From Auanema rhodensis (taxonomy: Eukaryota > Animalia > Nematoda), in NCBI GenBank assembly GCA_964057225.1, contig OZ059895.1:3286001-3350000 (forward strand): a stretch of DNA of 64,000 nt, written 5' to 3'. Under the pieces are notes generated by a model. That model ran no database searches. It saw only the letters and a list, made by a program, of their open reading frames with translations, and was not told the DNA's origin. Positions 15,001 to 30,000 of the stretch are shown one piece after another. Numbering within the stretch: the stretch's first letter is position 1; every line of letters starts with the position of its first letter. The position numbers were made by a program, and so were the translations under genes.

Positions 15001-18000
15001 GGATTTTCTAACTTTTATTCAGTTTGTTTTTTAAACTTTGATTAAGAACTTTGATTTTTGTACACCCATAAATTATACGCAGCACAGGTTACCCTTAAAT
15101 AATGAACTGACCGACTAATCAGACATGGATCTTTCCTAGTTCTGTTGCTTGAATGGATGTTTTCCTACGTAGGCTAGTAAAACATGCCCTTCAAAGCATC
15201 AGAACATGTGATCACATTCCAATTTTTTTGAAATCTATCTTGTAAAGATAGTAATAAACTTTGATTTTTGTACACCCATAAATTATACGCAGCACAGGTT
15301 ACCCTTAAATAATGAACTGACCGACTAATCAGACATGGATCTTTCCAAGTTCTGTTGCTTGAACGGATGTTTTCCTACGTAGGCTAGTAAAACATGCCCT
15401 TCAAAGCATCAGAACATGTGATCACATTCCAATATTTTTGTATCTATCTTGTAAAGATAGTAATATATCATATGTTGAACACTATGTTGGAAAGATTTTA
15501 ATTCAGATTTTCTAACTCTTATTCAGTTTGTTTTTTAAACTTTGATTAAGAACTTTGATTTTTGTTCACCCATAAATTATACGCAGCACAGGTTACCCTT
15601 AAATAATGAACTGACCGACTAATCAGACATGGATCTTTCCTAGTTCTGTTGCTTGAATGGATGTTTTCCTACGTAGGCTAGTAAAACATGCCCTTCAAAG
15701 CATCAGAACATGTGATCAAATTCCAATTTTTTTGTATCTATCTTGTAAAGATAGTAATATATCATATGTTGAACACTATGTTGGAAAGATTTTAATTCAG
15801 ATTTTCGAACTTTTATTCAGTTTGTTTTTTAAACTTTGATTAAGAACTTTGATTTTTGTACACCCATAAATTATACGCAGCACAGGTTACCCTTAATTAA
15901 TGAACTGACCGACTAATCAGACATGGATCTTTCCAAGTTCTGTTGCTTGAACGGATGTTTTCCTACGAAGGCTAGTAAAACATGCCCTTCAAAGCATCAG
16001 AACATGTGATCACATTCCAATATTTTTGTATCTATCTTGTAAAGATAGTAATATATCATATGTTGAACACTATGTTGGAAAGATTTTAATTCAGATTTTC
16101 TAACTTTTATTCAGTTTGTTTTTTAAACTTTGATTAAGAACTTTGATTTTTGTACACCCATAAATTATAAGCAGCACAGGTTACCCTTAAATAATGAACT
16201 GACCGACTAATCAGACATGGATCTTTCCTAGTTCTGTTGCTTGAATGGATGTTTTCCTACGTAGGCTAGTAAAACATGCCCTTCAAAGCATCAGAACATG
16301 TGATCACATTCCAATTTTTTTGAAATCTATCTTGTAAAGATAGTAATAAACTTTGATTTTTGTACACCCATAAATTATACGCAGCACAGGTTACCCTTAA
16401 ATAATGAACTGACCGACTAATCAGACATCGATCTTTCCTAGTTCTGTTGCTTGAATGGATGTTTTCCTACGTAGGCTAGTAAAACATGCCCTTCAAAGCA
16501 TCAGAACATGTGATCACATTCCAATTTTTTTGTATCTTTCTTGTAAAGATAGTAATATATCATATGTTGAACACTATGTTGGAAAGATTTTAATTCAGAT
16601 TTTCGAACTTTTATTCAGTTTGTTTTTTAAACTTTGATCAAGAACTTTGATTTTTGTACACCCATAAATTATACGCAGCACAGGTTACCCTTAATTAATG
16701 AACTGACCGACTAATCAGACATGGATCTTTCCAAGTTCTGTTGCTTGAACGGATGTTTTCCTACGAAGGCTAGTAAAACATGCCCTTCAAAGCATCAGAA
16801 CATGTGATCACATTCCAATATTTTTGTATCTATCTTGTAAAGATAGTAATATATCATATGTTGAACACTATGTTGGAAAGATTTTAATTCAGATTTTCGA
16901 ACTTTTATTCAGTTTGTTTTTTAAACTTTGATTAAGAACTTTGATTTTTGTACACCCATAAATTATACGCAGCACAGGTTACCCTTAATTAATGAACTGA
17001 CCGACTAATCAGACATGGATCTTTCCAAGTTCTGTTGCTTGAACGGATGTTTTCCTACGAAGGCTAGTAAAACATGCCCTTCAAAGCATCAGAACATGTG
17101 ATCACATTCCAATATTTTTGTATCTATCTTGTAAAGATAGTAATATATCATATGTTGAACACTATGTTGGAAAGATTTTAATTCAGATTTTCTAACTTTT
17201 ATTCAGTTTGTTTTTTAAACTTTGATTAAGAACTTTGATTTTTGTACACCCATAAATTATACGCAGCACAGGTTACCCTTAAATAATGAACTGACCGACT
17301 AATCAGACATGGATCTTTCCTAGTTCTGTTGCTTGAATGGATGTTTTCCTACGTAGGCTAGTAAAACATGCCCTTCAAAGCATCAGAACATGTGATCACA
17401 TTCCAATTTTTTTGAAATCTATCTTGTAAAGATAGTAATAAACTTTGATTTTTGTACACCCATAAATTATACGCAGCACAGGTTACCCTTAATTAATGAA
17501 CTGACCGACTAATCAGACATCGATCTTTCCTAGTTCTGTTGCTTGAATGGATGTTTTCCTACGTAGGCTAGTAAAACATGCCCTTCAAAGCATCAGAACA
17601 TGTGATCACATTCCAATTTTTTTGTATCTTTCTTGTAAAGATAGTAATATATCATATGTTGAACACTATGTTGGAAAGATTTTAATTCAGATTTTCGAAC
17701 TTTTATTCAGTTTGTTTTTTAAACTTTGATCAAGAACTTTGATTTTTGTACACCCATAAATTATACGCAGCACAGGTTACCCTTAATTAATGAACTGACC
17801 GACTAATCAGACATGGATCTTTCCAAGTTCTGTTGCTTGAACGGATGTTTTCCTACGAAGGCTAGTAAAACATGCCCTTCAAAGCATCAGAACATGTGAT
17901 CACATTCCAATATTTTTGTATCTATCTTGTAAAGATAGTAATATATCATATGTTGAACACTATGTTGGAAAGATTTTAATTCAGATTTTCTAACTTTTAT

Positions 18001-21000
18001 TCAGTTTGTTTTTTAAACTTTGATTAAGAACTTTGATTTTTGTACACCCATAAATTATACGCAGCACAGGTTACCCTTAAATAATGAACTGACCGACTAA
18101 TCAGACATGGATCTTTCCTAGTTCTGTTGCTTGAATGGATGTTTTCCTACGTAGGCTAGTAAAACATGCCCTTCAAAGCATCAGAACATGTGATCACATT
18201 CCAATTTTTTTGAAATCTATCTTGTAAAGATAGTAATAAACTTTGATTTTTGTACACCCATAAATTATACGCAGCACAGGTTACCCTTAAATAATGAACT
18301 GACCGACTAATCAGACATGGATCTTTCCTAGTTCTGTTGCTTGAATGGATGTTTTCCTACGTAGGCTAGTAAAACATGCCCTTCAAAGCATCAGAACATG
18401 TGATCACATTCCAATTTTTTTGTATCTATCTTGTAAAGATAGTAATATATCATATGTTGAACACTATGTTGGAAAGATTTTAATTCAGATTTACAAACTT
18501 TTATTCAGTTTGTTTTTTAAACTTTGATTAAGAACTTTGATTTTTGTACACCCATAAATTATACGCAGCACAGGTTACCCTTAATTAATGAACTGACCGA
18601 CTAATCAGACATGGATCTTTCCAAGTTCTGTTGCTTGAACGGATGTTTTCCTACGTAGGCTAGTAAAACATGCCCTTCAAAGCATCAGAACATGTGATCA
18701 CATTCCAATTTTTTTGTATCTATCTTGTAAAGATAGTAATATATCATATGTTGAACACTATGTTGGAGAGATTTTAATTCAGATTTTCTAACTTTTATTC
18801 AGTTTGTTTTTTAAACTTTGATTAAGAACTTTGATTTTTGTACACCCATAAATTATACGCAGCACAGGTTACCCTTAAATAATGAACTGACCGACTAATC
18901 AGACATGGATCTTTCATAGTTCTGTTGCTTGAATGGATGTTTTCCTACGTAGGCTAGTAAAACATGCCCTTCAAAGCATCAGAACATGCGATCACATTCC
19001 AATTTTTTTGTATCTATCTTGTAAAGATAGTAATTTATCATATGTTGAACACTATGTTGGAAAGATTTTAATTCAGATTTTCGAACTTTTATTCAGTTTG
19101 TTTTTTAAACTTTGATTAAGAACTTTGATTTTTGTACACCCATAAATTATACGCAGCACAGGTTACCCTTAATTAATGAACTGACCGACTAATCAGACAT
19201 GGATCTTTCCTAGTTCTGTTGCTTGAATGGATGTTTTCCTACGTAGGCTAGTAAAACATGCCCTTCAAAGCATCAGAACATGTGACCACATTCCAATTTT
19301 TTTGAAATCTATCTTGTAAAGATAGTAATAAACTTTGATTTTTGTACACCCATAAATTATACGCAGCACAGGTTACCCTTAAATAATGAACTGACCGACT
19401 AATCAGACATGGATCTTTCCTAGTTCTGTTGCTTGAATGGATGTTTTCCTACGTAGGCTAGTAAAACATGCCCTTCAAAGCATCAGAACATGTGATCACA
19501 TTCCAATTTTTTTGAAATCTATCTTGTAAAGATAGTAATAAACTTTGATTTTTGTACACCCATAAATTATACGCAGCACAGGTTACCCTTAATTAATGAA
19601 CTGACCGACTAATCAGACATGGATCTTTCCTAGTTCTGTTGCTTGAATGGATGTTTTCCTACGTAGGCTAGTAAAACATGCCCTTCAAAGCATCAGAACA
19701 TGTGACCACATTCCAATTTTTTTGAAATCTATCTTGTAAAGATAGTAATAAACTTTGATTTTTGTACACCCATAAATTATACGCAGCACAGGTTACCCTT
19801 AAATAATGAACTGACCGACTAATCAGACATGGATCTTTCCTAGTTCTGTTGCTTGAATGGATGTTTTCCTACGTAGGCTAGTAAAACATGCCCTTCAAAG
19901 CATCAGAACATGTGATCACATTCCAATTTTTTTGAAATCTATCTTGTAAAGATAGTAATAAACTTTGATTTTTGTACACCCATAAATTATACGCAGCACA
20001 GGTTACCCTTAAATAATGAACTGACCGACTAATCAGACATGGATCTTTCCTAGTTCTGTTGCTTGAATGGATGTTTTCCTACGTAGGCTAGTAAAACATG
20101 CCCTTCAAAGCATCAGAACATGTGATCACATTCCAATTTTTTTGTATCTATCTTGTAAAGATAGTAATATATCATATGTTGAACACTATGTTGGAAAGAT
20201 TTTAATTCAGATTTACGAACTTTTATTCAGTTTGTTTTTTAAACTTTGATTAAGAACTTTGATTTTTGTACACCCATAAATTATACGCAGCACAGGTTAC
20301 CCTTAATTAATGAACTGACCGACTAATCAGACATGGATCTTTCCAAGTTCTGTTGCTTGAACGGATGTTTTCCTACGTAGGCTAGTAAAACATGCCCTTC
20401 AAAGCATCAGAACATGTGATCACATTCCAATTTTTTTGTATCTATCTTGTAAAGATAGTAATATATCATATGTTGAACACTATGTTGGAAAGATTTTAAT
20501 TCAGATTTTCTAACTTTTATTCAGTTTGTTTTTTAAACTTTGATTAAGAACTTTGATTTTTGTACACCCATAAATTATACGCAGCACAGGTTACCCTTAA
20601 ATAATGAACTGACCGACTAATCAGACATGGATCTTTCCTAGTTCTGTTGCTTGAATGGATGTTTTCCTACGTAGGCTAGTAAAACATGCCCTTCAAAGCA
20701 TCAGAACATGTGATCACATTCCAATTTTTTTGAAATCTATCTTGTAAAGATAGTAATAAACTTTGATTTTTGTACACCCATAAATTATACGCAGCACAGG
20801 TTACCCTTAAATAATGAACTGACCGACTAATCAGACATGGATCTTTCCTAGTTCTGTTGCTTTAATGGATGTTTTCCTACGTAGGCTAGTAAAACATGCC
20901 CTTCAAAGCATCAGAACATGTGATCACATTCCAATTTTTTTGTATCTATCTTGTAAAGATAGTAATATATCATATGTTGAACACTATGTTGGAAAGATTT

Positions 21001-24000
21001 CAATTCAGATTTACGAACTTTTATTCAGTTTGTTTTTTAAACTTTGATTAAGAACTTTGATTTTTGTACACCCATAAATTATACGCAGCACAGGTTACCC
21101 TTAAATAATGAACTGACCGACTAATCAGACATGGATCTTTCCTAGTTCTGTTGCTTGAATGGATGTTTTCCTACGTAGGCTAGTAAAACATGCCCTTCAA
21201 AGCATCAGAACATGTGATCAAATTCCAATTTTTTTGTATCTATCTTGTAAAGATAGTAATATATCATATGTTGAACACTATGTTGGAAAGATTTTCATTC
21301 AGATTTTTTAATTTTTATTCAGTTTGTTTTTTAAACTTTGATTAAGAACTTTGATTTTTGTACACCCATAAATTATACGCAGCACAGGTTACCCTTAAAT
21401 AATGAACTGACCGACTAATCAGACATGGATCTTTCCAAGTTCTGTTGCTTGAACGGATGTTTTCCTACGTAGGCTAGTAAAACATGCCCTTCAAAGCATC
21501 AGAACATGTGATCACATTCCAATATTTTTGTATCTATCTTGTAAAGATAGTAATATATCATATGTTGAACACTATGTTGGAAAGATTTTAATTCAGATTT
21601 TCTAACTCTTATTCAGTTTGTTTTTTAAACTTTGATTAAGAACTTTGATTTTTGTTCACCCATAAATTATACGCAGCACAGGTTACCCTTAAATAATGAA
21701 CTGACCGACTAATCAGACATGGATCTTTCCTAGTTCTGTTGCTTGAATGGATGTTTTCCTACGTAGGCTAGTAAAACATGCCCTTCAAAGCATCAGAACA
21801 TGTGATCAAATTCCAATTTTTTTGTATCTATCTTGTAAAGATAGTAATATATCATATGTTGAACACTATGTTGGAAAGATTTTAATTCAGATTTTCGAAC
21901 TTTTATTCAGTTTGTTTTTTAAACTTTGATTAAGAACTTTGATTTTTGTACACCCATAAATTATACGCAGCACAGGTTACCCTTAATTAATGAACTGACC
22001 GACTAATCAGACATGGATCTTTCCAAGTTCTGTTGCTTGAACGGATGTTTTCCTACGAAGGCTAGTAAAACATGCCCTTCAAAGCATCAGAACATGTGAT
22101 CACATTCCAATATTTTTGTATCTATCTTGTAAAGATAGTAATATATCATATGTTGAACACTATGTTGGAAAGATTTTAATTCAGATTTTCTAACTTTTAT
22201 TCAGTTTGTTTTTTAAACTTTGATTAAGAACTTTGATTTTTGTACACCCATAAATTATAAGCAGCACAGGTTACCCTTAAATAATGAACTGACCGACTAA
22301 TCAGACATGGATCTTTCCTAGTTCTGTTGCTTGAATGGATGTTTTCCTACGTAGGCTAGTAAAACATGCCCTTCAAAGCATCAGAACATGTGATCACATT
22401 CCAATTTTTTTGAAATCTATCTTGTAAAGATAGTAATAAACTTTGATTTTTGTACACCCATAAATTATACGCAGCACAGGTTACCCTTAAATAATGAACT
22501 GACCGACTAATCAGACATCGATCTTTCCTAGTTCTGTTGCTTGAATGGATGTTTTCCTACGTAGGCTAGTAAAACATGCCCTTCAAAGCATCAGAACATG
22601 TGATCACATTCCAATTTTTTTGTATCTTTCTTGTAAAGATAGTAATATATCATATGTTGAACACTATGTTGGAAAGATTTTAATTCAGATTTTCGAACTT
22701 TTATTCAGTTTGTTTTTTAAACTTTGATCAAGAACTTTGATTTTTGTACACCCATAAATTATACGCAGCACAGGTTACCCTTAATTAATGAACTGACCGA
22801 CTAATCAGACATGGATCTTTCCAAGTTCTGTTGCTTGAACGGATGTTTTCCTACGAAGGCTAGTAAAACATGCCCTTCAAAGCATCAGAACATGTGATCA
22901 CATTCCAATATTTTTGTATCTATCTTGTAAAGATAGTAATATATCATATGTTGAACACTATGTTGGAAAGATTTTAATTCAGATTTTCGAACTTTTATTC
23001 AGTTTGTTTTTTAAACTTTGATCAAGAACTTTGATTTTTGTACACCCATAAATTATACGCAGCACAGGTTACCCTTAAATAATGAACTGACCGACTAATC
23101 AGACATGGATCTTTCCTAGTTCTGTTGCTTGAATGGATGTTTTCCTACGTAGGCTAGTAAAACATGCCCTTCAAAGCATCAGAACATGTGATCACATTCC
23201 AATTTTTTTGAAATCTATCTTGTAAAGATAGTAATAAACTTTGATTTTTGTACACCCATAAATTATACGCAGCACAGGTTACCCTTAAATAATGAACTGA
23301 CCGACTAATCAGACATGGATCTTTCCTAGTTCTGTTGCTTGAATGGATGTTTTCCTACGTAGGCTAGTAAAACATGCCCTTCAAAGCATCAGAACATGTG
23401 ATCACATTCCAATTTTTTTGTATCTATCTTGTAAAGATAGTAATATATCATATGTTGAACACTATGTTGGAAAGATTTTAATTCAGATTTACGAACTTTT
23501 ATTCAGTTTGTTTTTTAAACTTTGATTAAGAACTTTGATTTTTGTACACCCATAAATTATACGCAGCACAGGTTACCCTTAATTAATGAACTGACCGACT
23601 AATCAGACATGGATCTTTCCAAGTTCTGTTGCTTGAACGGATGTTTTCCTACGTAGGCTAGTAAAACATGCCCTTCAAAGCATCAGAACATGTGATCACA
23701 TTCCAATTTTTTTGTATCTATCTTGTAAAGATAGTAATATATCATATGTTGAACACTATGTTGGAGAGATTTTAATTCAGATTTTCTAACTTTTATTCAG
23801 TTTGTTTTTTAAACTTTGATTAAGAACTTTGATTTTTGTACACCCATAAATTATACGCAGCACAGGTTACCCTTAAATAATGAACTGACCGACTAATCAG
23901 ACATGGATCTTTCCTAGTTCTGTTGCTTGAATGGATGTTTTCCTACGTAGGCTAGTAAAACATGCCCTTCAAAGCATCAGAACATGCGATCACATTCCAA

Positions 24001-27000
24001 TTTTTTTGTATCTATCTTGTAAAGATAGTAATTTATCATATGTTGAACACTATGTTGGAAAGATTTTAATTCAGATTTTCGAACTTTTATTCAGTTTGTT
24101 TTTTAAACTTTGATTAAGAACTTTGATTTTTGTACACCCATAAATTATACGCAGCACAGGTTACCCTTAATTAATGAACTGACCGACTAATCAGACATGG
24201 ATCTTTCCTAGTTCTGTTGCTTGAATGGATGTTTTCCTACGTAGGCTAGTAAAACATGCCCTTCAAAGCATCAGAACATGTGACCACATTCCAATTTTTT
24301 TGAAATCTATCTTGTAAAGATAGTAATAAACTTTGATTTTTGTACACCCATAAATTATACGCAGCACAGGTTACCCTTAAATAATGAACTGACCGACTAA
24401 TCAGACATGGATCTTTCCTAGTTCTGTTGCTTGAATGGATGTTTTCCTACGTAGGCTAGTAAAACATGCCCTTCAAAGCATCAGAACATGTGATCACATT
24501 CCAATTTTTTTGAAATCTATCTTGTAAAGATAGTAATAAACTTTGATTTTTGTACACCCATAAATTATACGCAGCACAGGTTACCCTTAAATAATGAACT
24601 GACCGACTAATCAGACATGGATCTTTCCTAGTTCTGTTGCTTGAATGGATGTTTTCCTACGTAGGCTAGTAAAACATGCCCTTCAAAGCATCAGAACATG
24701 TGATCACATTCCAATTTTTTTGTATCTATCTTGTAAAGATAGTAATATATCATATGTTGAACACTATGTTGGAAAGATTTTAATTCAGATTTACGAACTT
24801 TTATTCAGTTTGTTTTTTAAACTTTGATCAAGAACTTTGATTTTTGTACACCCATAAATTATACGCAGCACAGGTTACCCTTAATTAATGAACTGACCGA
24901 CTAATCAGACATGGATCTTTCCAAGTTCTGTTGCTTGAACGGATGTTTTCCTACGAAGGCTAGTAAAACATGCCCTTCAAAGCATCAGAACATGTGATCA
25001 CATTCCAATATTTTTGTATCTATCTTGTAAAGATAGTAATATATCATATGTTGAACACTATGTTGGAAAGATTTTAATTCAGATTTTCTAACTTTTATTC
25101 AGTTTGTTTTTTAAACTTTGATTAAGAACTTTGATTTTTGTACACCCATAAATTATACGCAGCACAGGTTACCCTTAAATAATGAACTGACCGACTAATC
25201 AGACATGGATCTTTCCTAGTTCTGTTGCTTGAATGGATGTTTTCCTACGTAGGCTAGTAAAACATGCCCTTCAAAGCATCAGAACATGTGATCACATTCC
25301 AATTTTTTTGAAATCTATCTTGTAAAGATAGTAATAAACTTTGATTTTTGTACACCCATAAATTATACGCAGCACAGGTTACCCTTAAATAATGAACTGA
25401 CCGACTAATCAGACATGGATCTTTCCTAGTTCTGTTGCTTGAATGGATGTTTTCCTACGTAGGCTAGTAAAACATGCCCTTCAAAGCATCAGAACATGTG
25501 ATCACATTCCAATTTTTTTGTATCTATCTTGTAAAGATAGTAATATATCATATGTTGAACACTATGTTGGAAAGATTTTAATTCAGATTTACGAACTTTT
25601 ATTCAGTTTGTTTTTTAAACTTTGATTAAGAACTTTGATTTTTGTACACCCATAAATTATACGCAGCACAGGTTACCCTTAATTAATGAACTGACCGACT
25701 AATCAGACATGGATCTTTCCAAGTTCTGTTGCTTGAACGGATGTTTTCCTACGTAGGCTAGTAAAACATGCCCTTCAAAGCATCAGAACATGTGATCACA
25801 TTCCAATTTTTTTGTATCTATCTTGTAAAGATAGTAATATATCATATGTTGAACACTATGTTGGAGAGATTTTAATTCAGATTTTCTAACTTTTATTCAG
25901 TTTGTTTTTTAAACTTTGATTAAGAACTTTGATTTTTGTACACCCATAAATTATACGCAGCACAGGTTACCCTTAAATAATGAACTGACCGACTAATCAG
26001 ACATGGATCTTTCCTAGTTCTGTTGCTTGAATGGATGTTTTCCTACGTAGGCTAGTAAAACATGCCCTTCAAAGCATCAGAACATGCGATCACATTCCAA
26101 TTTTTTTGTATCTATCTTGTAAAGATAGTAATTTATCATATGTTGAACACTATGTTGGAAAGATTTTAATTCAGATTTTCGAACTTTTATTCAGTTTGTT
26201 TTTTAAACTTTGATTAAGAACTTTGATTTTTGTACACCCATAAATTATACGCAGCACAGGTTACCCTTAATTAATGAACTGACCGACTAATCAGACATGG
26301 ATCTTTCCTAGTTCTGTTGCTTGAATGGATGTTTTCCTACGTAGGCTAGTAAAACATGCCCTTCAAAGCATCAGAACATGTGACCACATTCCAATTTTTT
26401 TGAAATCTATCTTGTAAAGATAGTAATAAACTTTGATTTTTGTACACCCATAAATTATACGCAGCACAGGTTACCCTTAAATAATGAACTGACCGACTAA
26501 TCAGACATGGATCTTTCCTAGTTCTGTTGCTTGAATGGATGTTTTCCTACGTAGGCTAGTAAAACATGCCCTTCAAAGCATCAGAACATGTGATCACATT
26601 CCAATTTTTTTGAAATCTATCTTGTAAAGATAGTAATAAACTTTGATTTTTGTACACCCATAAATTATACGCAGCACAGGTTACCCTTAAATAATGAACT
26701 GACCGACTAATCAGACATGGATCTTTCCTAGTTCTGTTGCTTGAATGGATGTTTTCCTACGTAGGCTAGTAAAACATGCCCTTCAAAGCATCAGAACATG
26801 TGATCACATTCCAATTTTTTTGTATCTATCTTGTAAAGATAGTAATATATCATATGTTGAACACTATGTTGGAAAGATTTTAATTCAGATTTACGAACTT
26901 TTATTCAGTTTGTTTTTTAAACTTTGATTAAGAACTTTGATTTTTGTACACCCATAAATTATACGCAGCACAGGTTACCCTTAATTAATGAACTGACCGA

Positions 27001-30000
27001 CTAATCAGACATGGATCTTTCCAAGTTCTGTTGCTTGAACGGATGTTTTCCTACGTAGGCTAGTAAAACATGCCCTTCAAAGCATCAGAACATGTGATCA
27101 CATTCCAATTTTTTTGTATCTATCTTGTAAAGATAGTAATATATCATATGTTGAACACTATGTTGGAAAGATTTTAATTCAAATTTTCTAACTTTTATTC
27201 AGTTTGTTTTTTAAATTTTGATTAAGAACTTTGATTTTTGTACACCCATAAATTATACGCAGCACAGGTTACCCTTGAATAATGAACTGACCGACTAATC
27301 AGACATGGATCTTTCCTAGTTCTGTTGCTTGAATGGATGTTTTCCTACGTAGGCTAGTAAAACATGCCCTTCAAAGCATCAGAACATGTGATCACATTCC
27401 AATTTTTTTGTATCTATCTTGTAAAGATAGGAATAAACTTTGATTTTTGTACACCTATAAATTATACGCAGCACAGGTTACCCTTAAATAATGAACTGAC
27501 CGACTAATCAGACATGGATCTTTCCAAGTTCTGTTGCTTGAACGGATGTTTTCCTAGTAAAACATGCCCTTCAAAGCATCAGAACATGTGATCACATTTC
27601 AATTTTTTTGTATCTATCTTGTAAAGATAGTAATATATCATATGTTGAACACTATGTTGGAAAGATTTTAATTCAGATTTTTTCAACTTTCACTCAGTTT
27701 GTTTTCTAAACTTTGATTAAGAACCTTGTTGTTTGTACACCCATAAAATATACGCAGCACAGGTTACCCTTAAATAATGAACTGACCGTCTAATCAGACA
27801 TGGATCTTCCCAAGTTCTGTTGCTTGAATGGATGTTTTCCTACGTAGGCTAGTAAAACATGCCCTTCAAAGCATCAGAACATGTGATCACATTCCAATTT
27901 TTTTGTATCTATCTTGTAAAGATAGTAATATATCATATGTTGAACACTATGTTGGAAAGATTTTAATTCAGATTTTCTAACTTTTATTCAGTTTGTTTTT
28001 TAAACTTTGATTAAGAACTTTGATTTTTGTACACCCATAAATTATACGCAGCACAGGTTACCCTTAAATAATGAACTGACCGACTAATCAGACATGGATC
28101 TTTCCTAGTTCTGTTGCTTGAATGGATGTTTTCCTACGTAGGCTAGTAAAACATGCCCTTCAAAGCATCAGAACATGTGATCACATTCCAATTTTTTTGA
28201 AATCTATCTTGTAAAGATAGTAATAAACTTTGATTTTTGTACACCCATAAATTATACGCAGCACAGGTTACCCTTAAATAATGAACTGACCGACTAATCA
28301 GACATGGATCTTTCCTAGTTCTGTTGCTTGAATGGATGTTTTCCTACGTAGGCTAGTAAAACATGCCCTTCAAAGCATCAGAACATGTGATCACATTCCA
28401 ATTTTTTTGTATCTATCTTGTAAAGATAGTAATATATCATATGTTGAACACTATGTTGGAAAGATTTTAATTCAGATTTTCTAACTTTTATTCAGTTTGT
28501 TTTTTAAATTTTGATTAAGAACTTTGATTTTTGTACACCCATAAATTATACGCAGCACAGGTTACCCTTGAATAATGAACTGACCGACTAATCAGACATG
28601 GATCTTTCCTAGTTCTGTTGCTTGAATGGATGTTTTCCTACGTAGGCTAGTAAAACATGCCCTTCAAAGCATCAGAACATGTGATCACATTCCAATTTTT
28701 TTGTATCTATCTTGTAAAGATAGTAATAAACTTTGATTTTTGTACACCTATAAATTATACGCAGCACAGGTTACCCTTAAATAATGAACTGACCGACTAA
28801 TCAGACATGGATCTTTCCAAGTTCTGTTGCTTGAACGGATGTTTTCCTACGTAGGCTAGTAAAACATGCCCTTCAAAGCATCAGAACATGTGATCACATT
28901 TCAATTTTTTTGTATCTATCTTGTAAAGATAGTAATATATCATATGTTGAACACTATGTTGGAAAGATTTTAATTCAGATTTTTTCAACTTTCACTCAGT
29001 TTGTTTTCTAAACTTTGATTAAGAACCTTGTTGTTTGTACACCCATAAAATATACGCAGCACAGGTTACCCTTAAATAATGAACTGACCGTCTAATCAGA
29101 CATGGATCTTCCCAAGTTCTGTTGCTTGAATGGATGTTTTCCTACGTAGGCTAGTAAAACATGCCCTTCAAAGCATCAGAACATGTGATCACATTCCAAT
29201 TTTTTTGTATCTATCTTGTAAAGATAGTAATATATCATATGTTGAACACTATGTTGGAAAGATTTTAATTCAGATTTTCTAACTTTTATTCAGTTTGTTT
29301 TTTAAACTTTGATTAAGAACTTTGATTTTTGTACACCCATAAATTATACGCAGCACAGGTTACCCTTAAATAATGAACTGACCGACTAATCAGACATGGA
29401 TCTTTCCTAGTTCTGTTGCTTGAATGGATGTTTTCCTACGTAGGCTAGTAAAACATGCCCTTCAAAGCATCAGAATATGTGATCACATTCCAATTTTTTT
29501 GTATCTATCTTGTAAAGATAGTAATATATCATATGTTGAACACTATGTTGGAAAGATTTTAATTCAGATTTTCTAACTTTTATTCAGTTTGTTTTTTAAA
29601 TTTTGATTAAGAACTTTGATTTTTGTACACCCATAAATTATACGCAGCACAGGTTACCCTTGAATAATGAACTGACTGACTAATCAGACATGGATCTTTC
29701 CTAGTTCTGTTGCTTGAATGGATGTTTTCCTACGTAGGCTAGTAAAACATGCCCTTCAAAGCATCAGAACATGTGATCACATTCCAATTTTTTTGTATCT
29801 ATCTTGTAAAGATAGTAATAAACTTTGATTTTTGTACACCTATAAATTATACGCAGCACAGGTTACCCTTAAATAATGAACTGACCGACTAATCAGACAT
29901 GGATCTTTCCAAGTTCTGTTGCTTGAACGGATGTTTTCCTACGTAGGCTAGTAAAACATGCCCTTCAAAGCATCAGAACATGTGATCACATTTCAATTTT

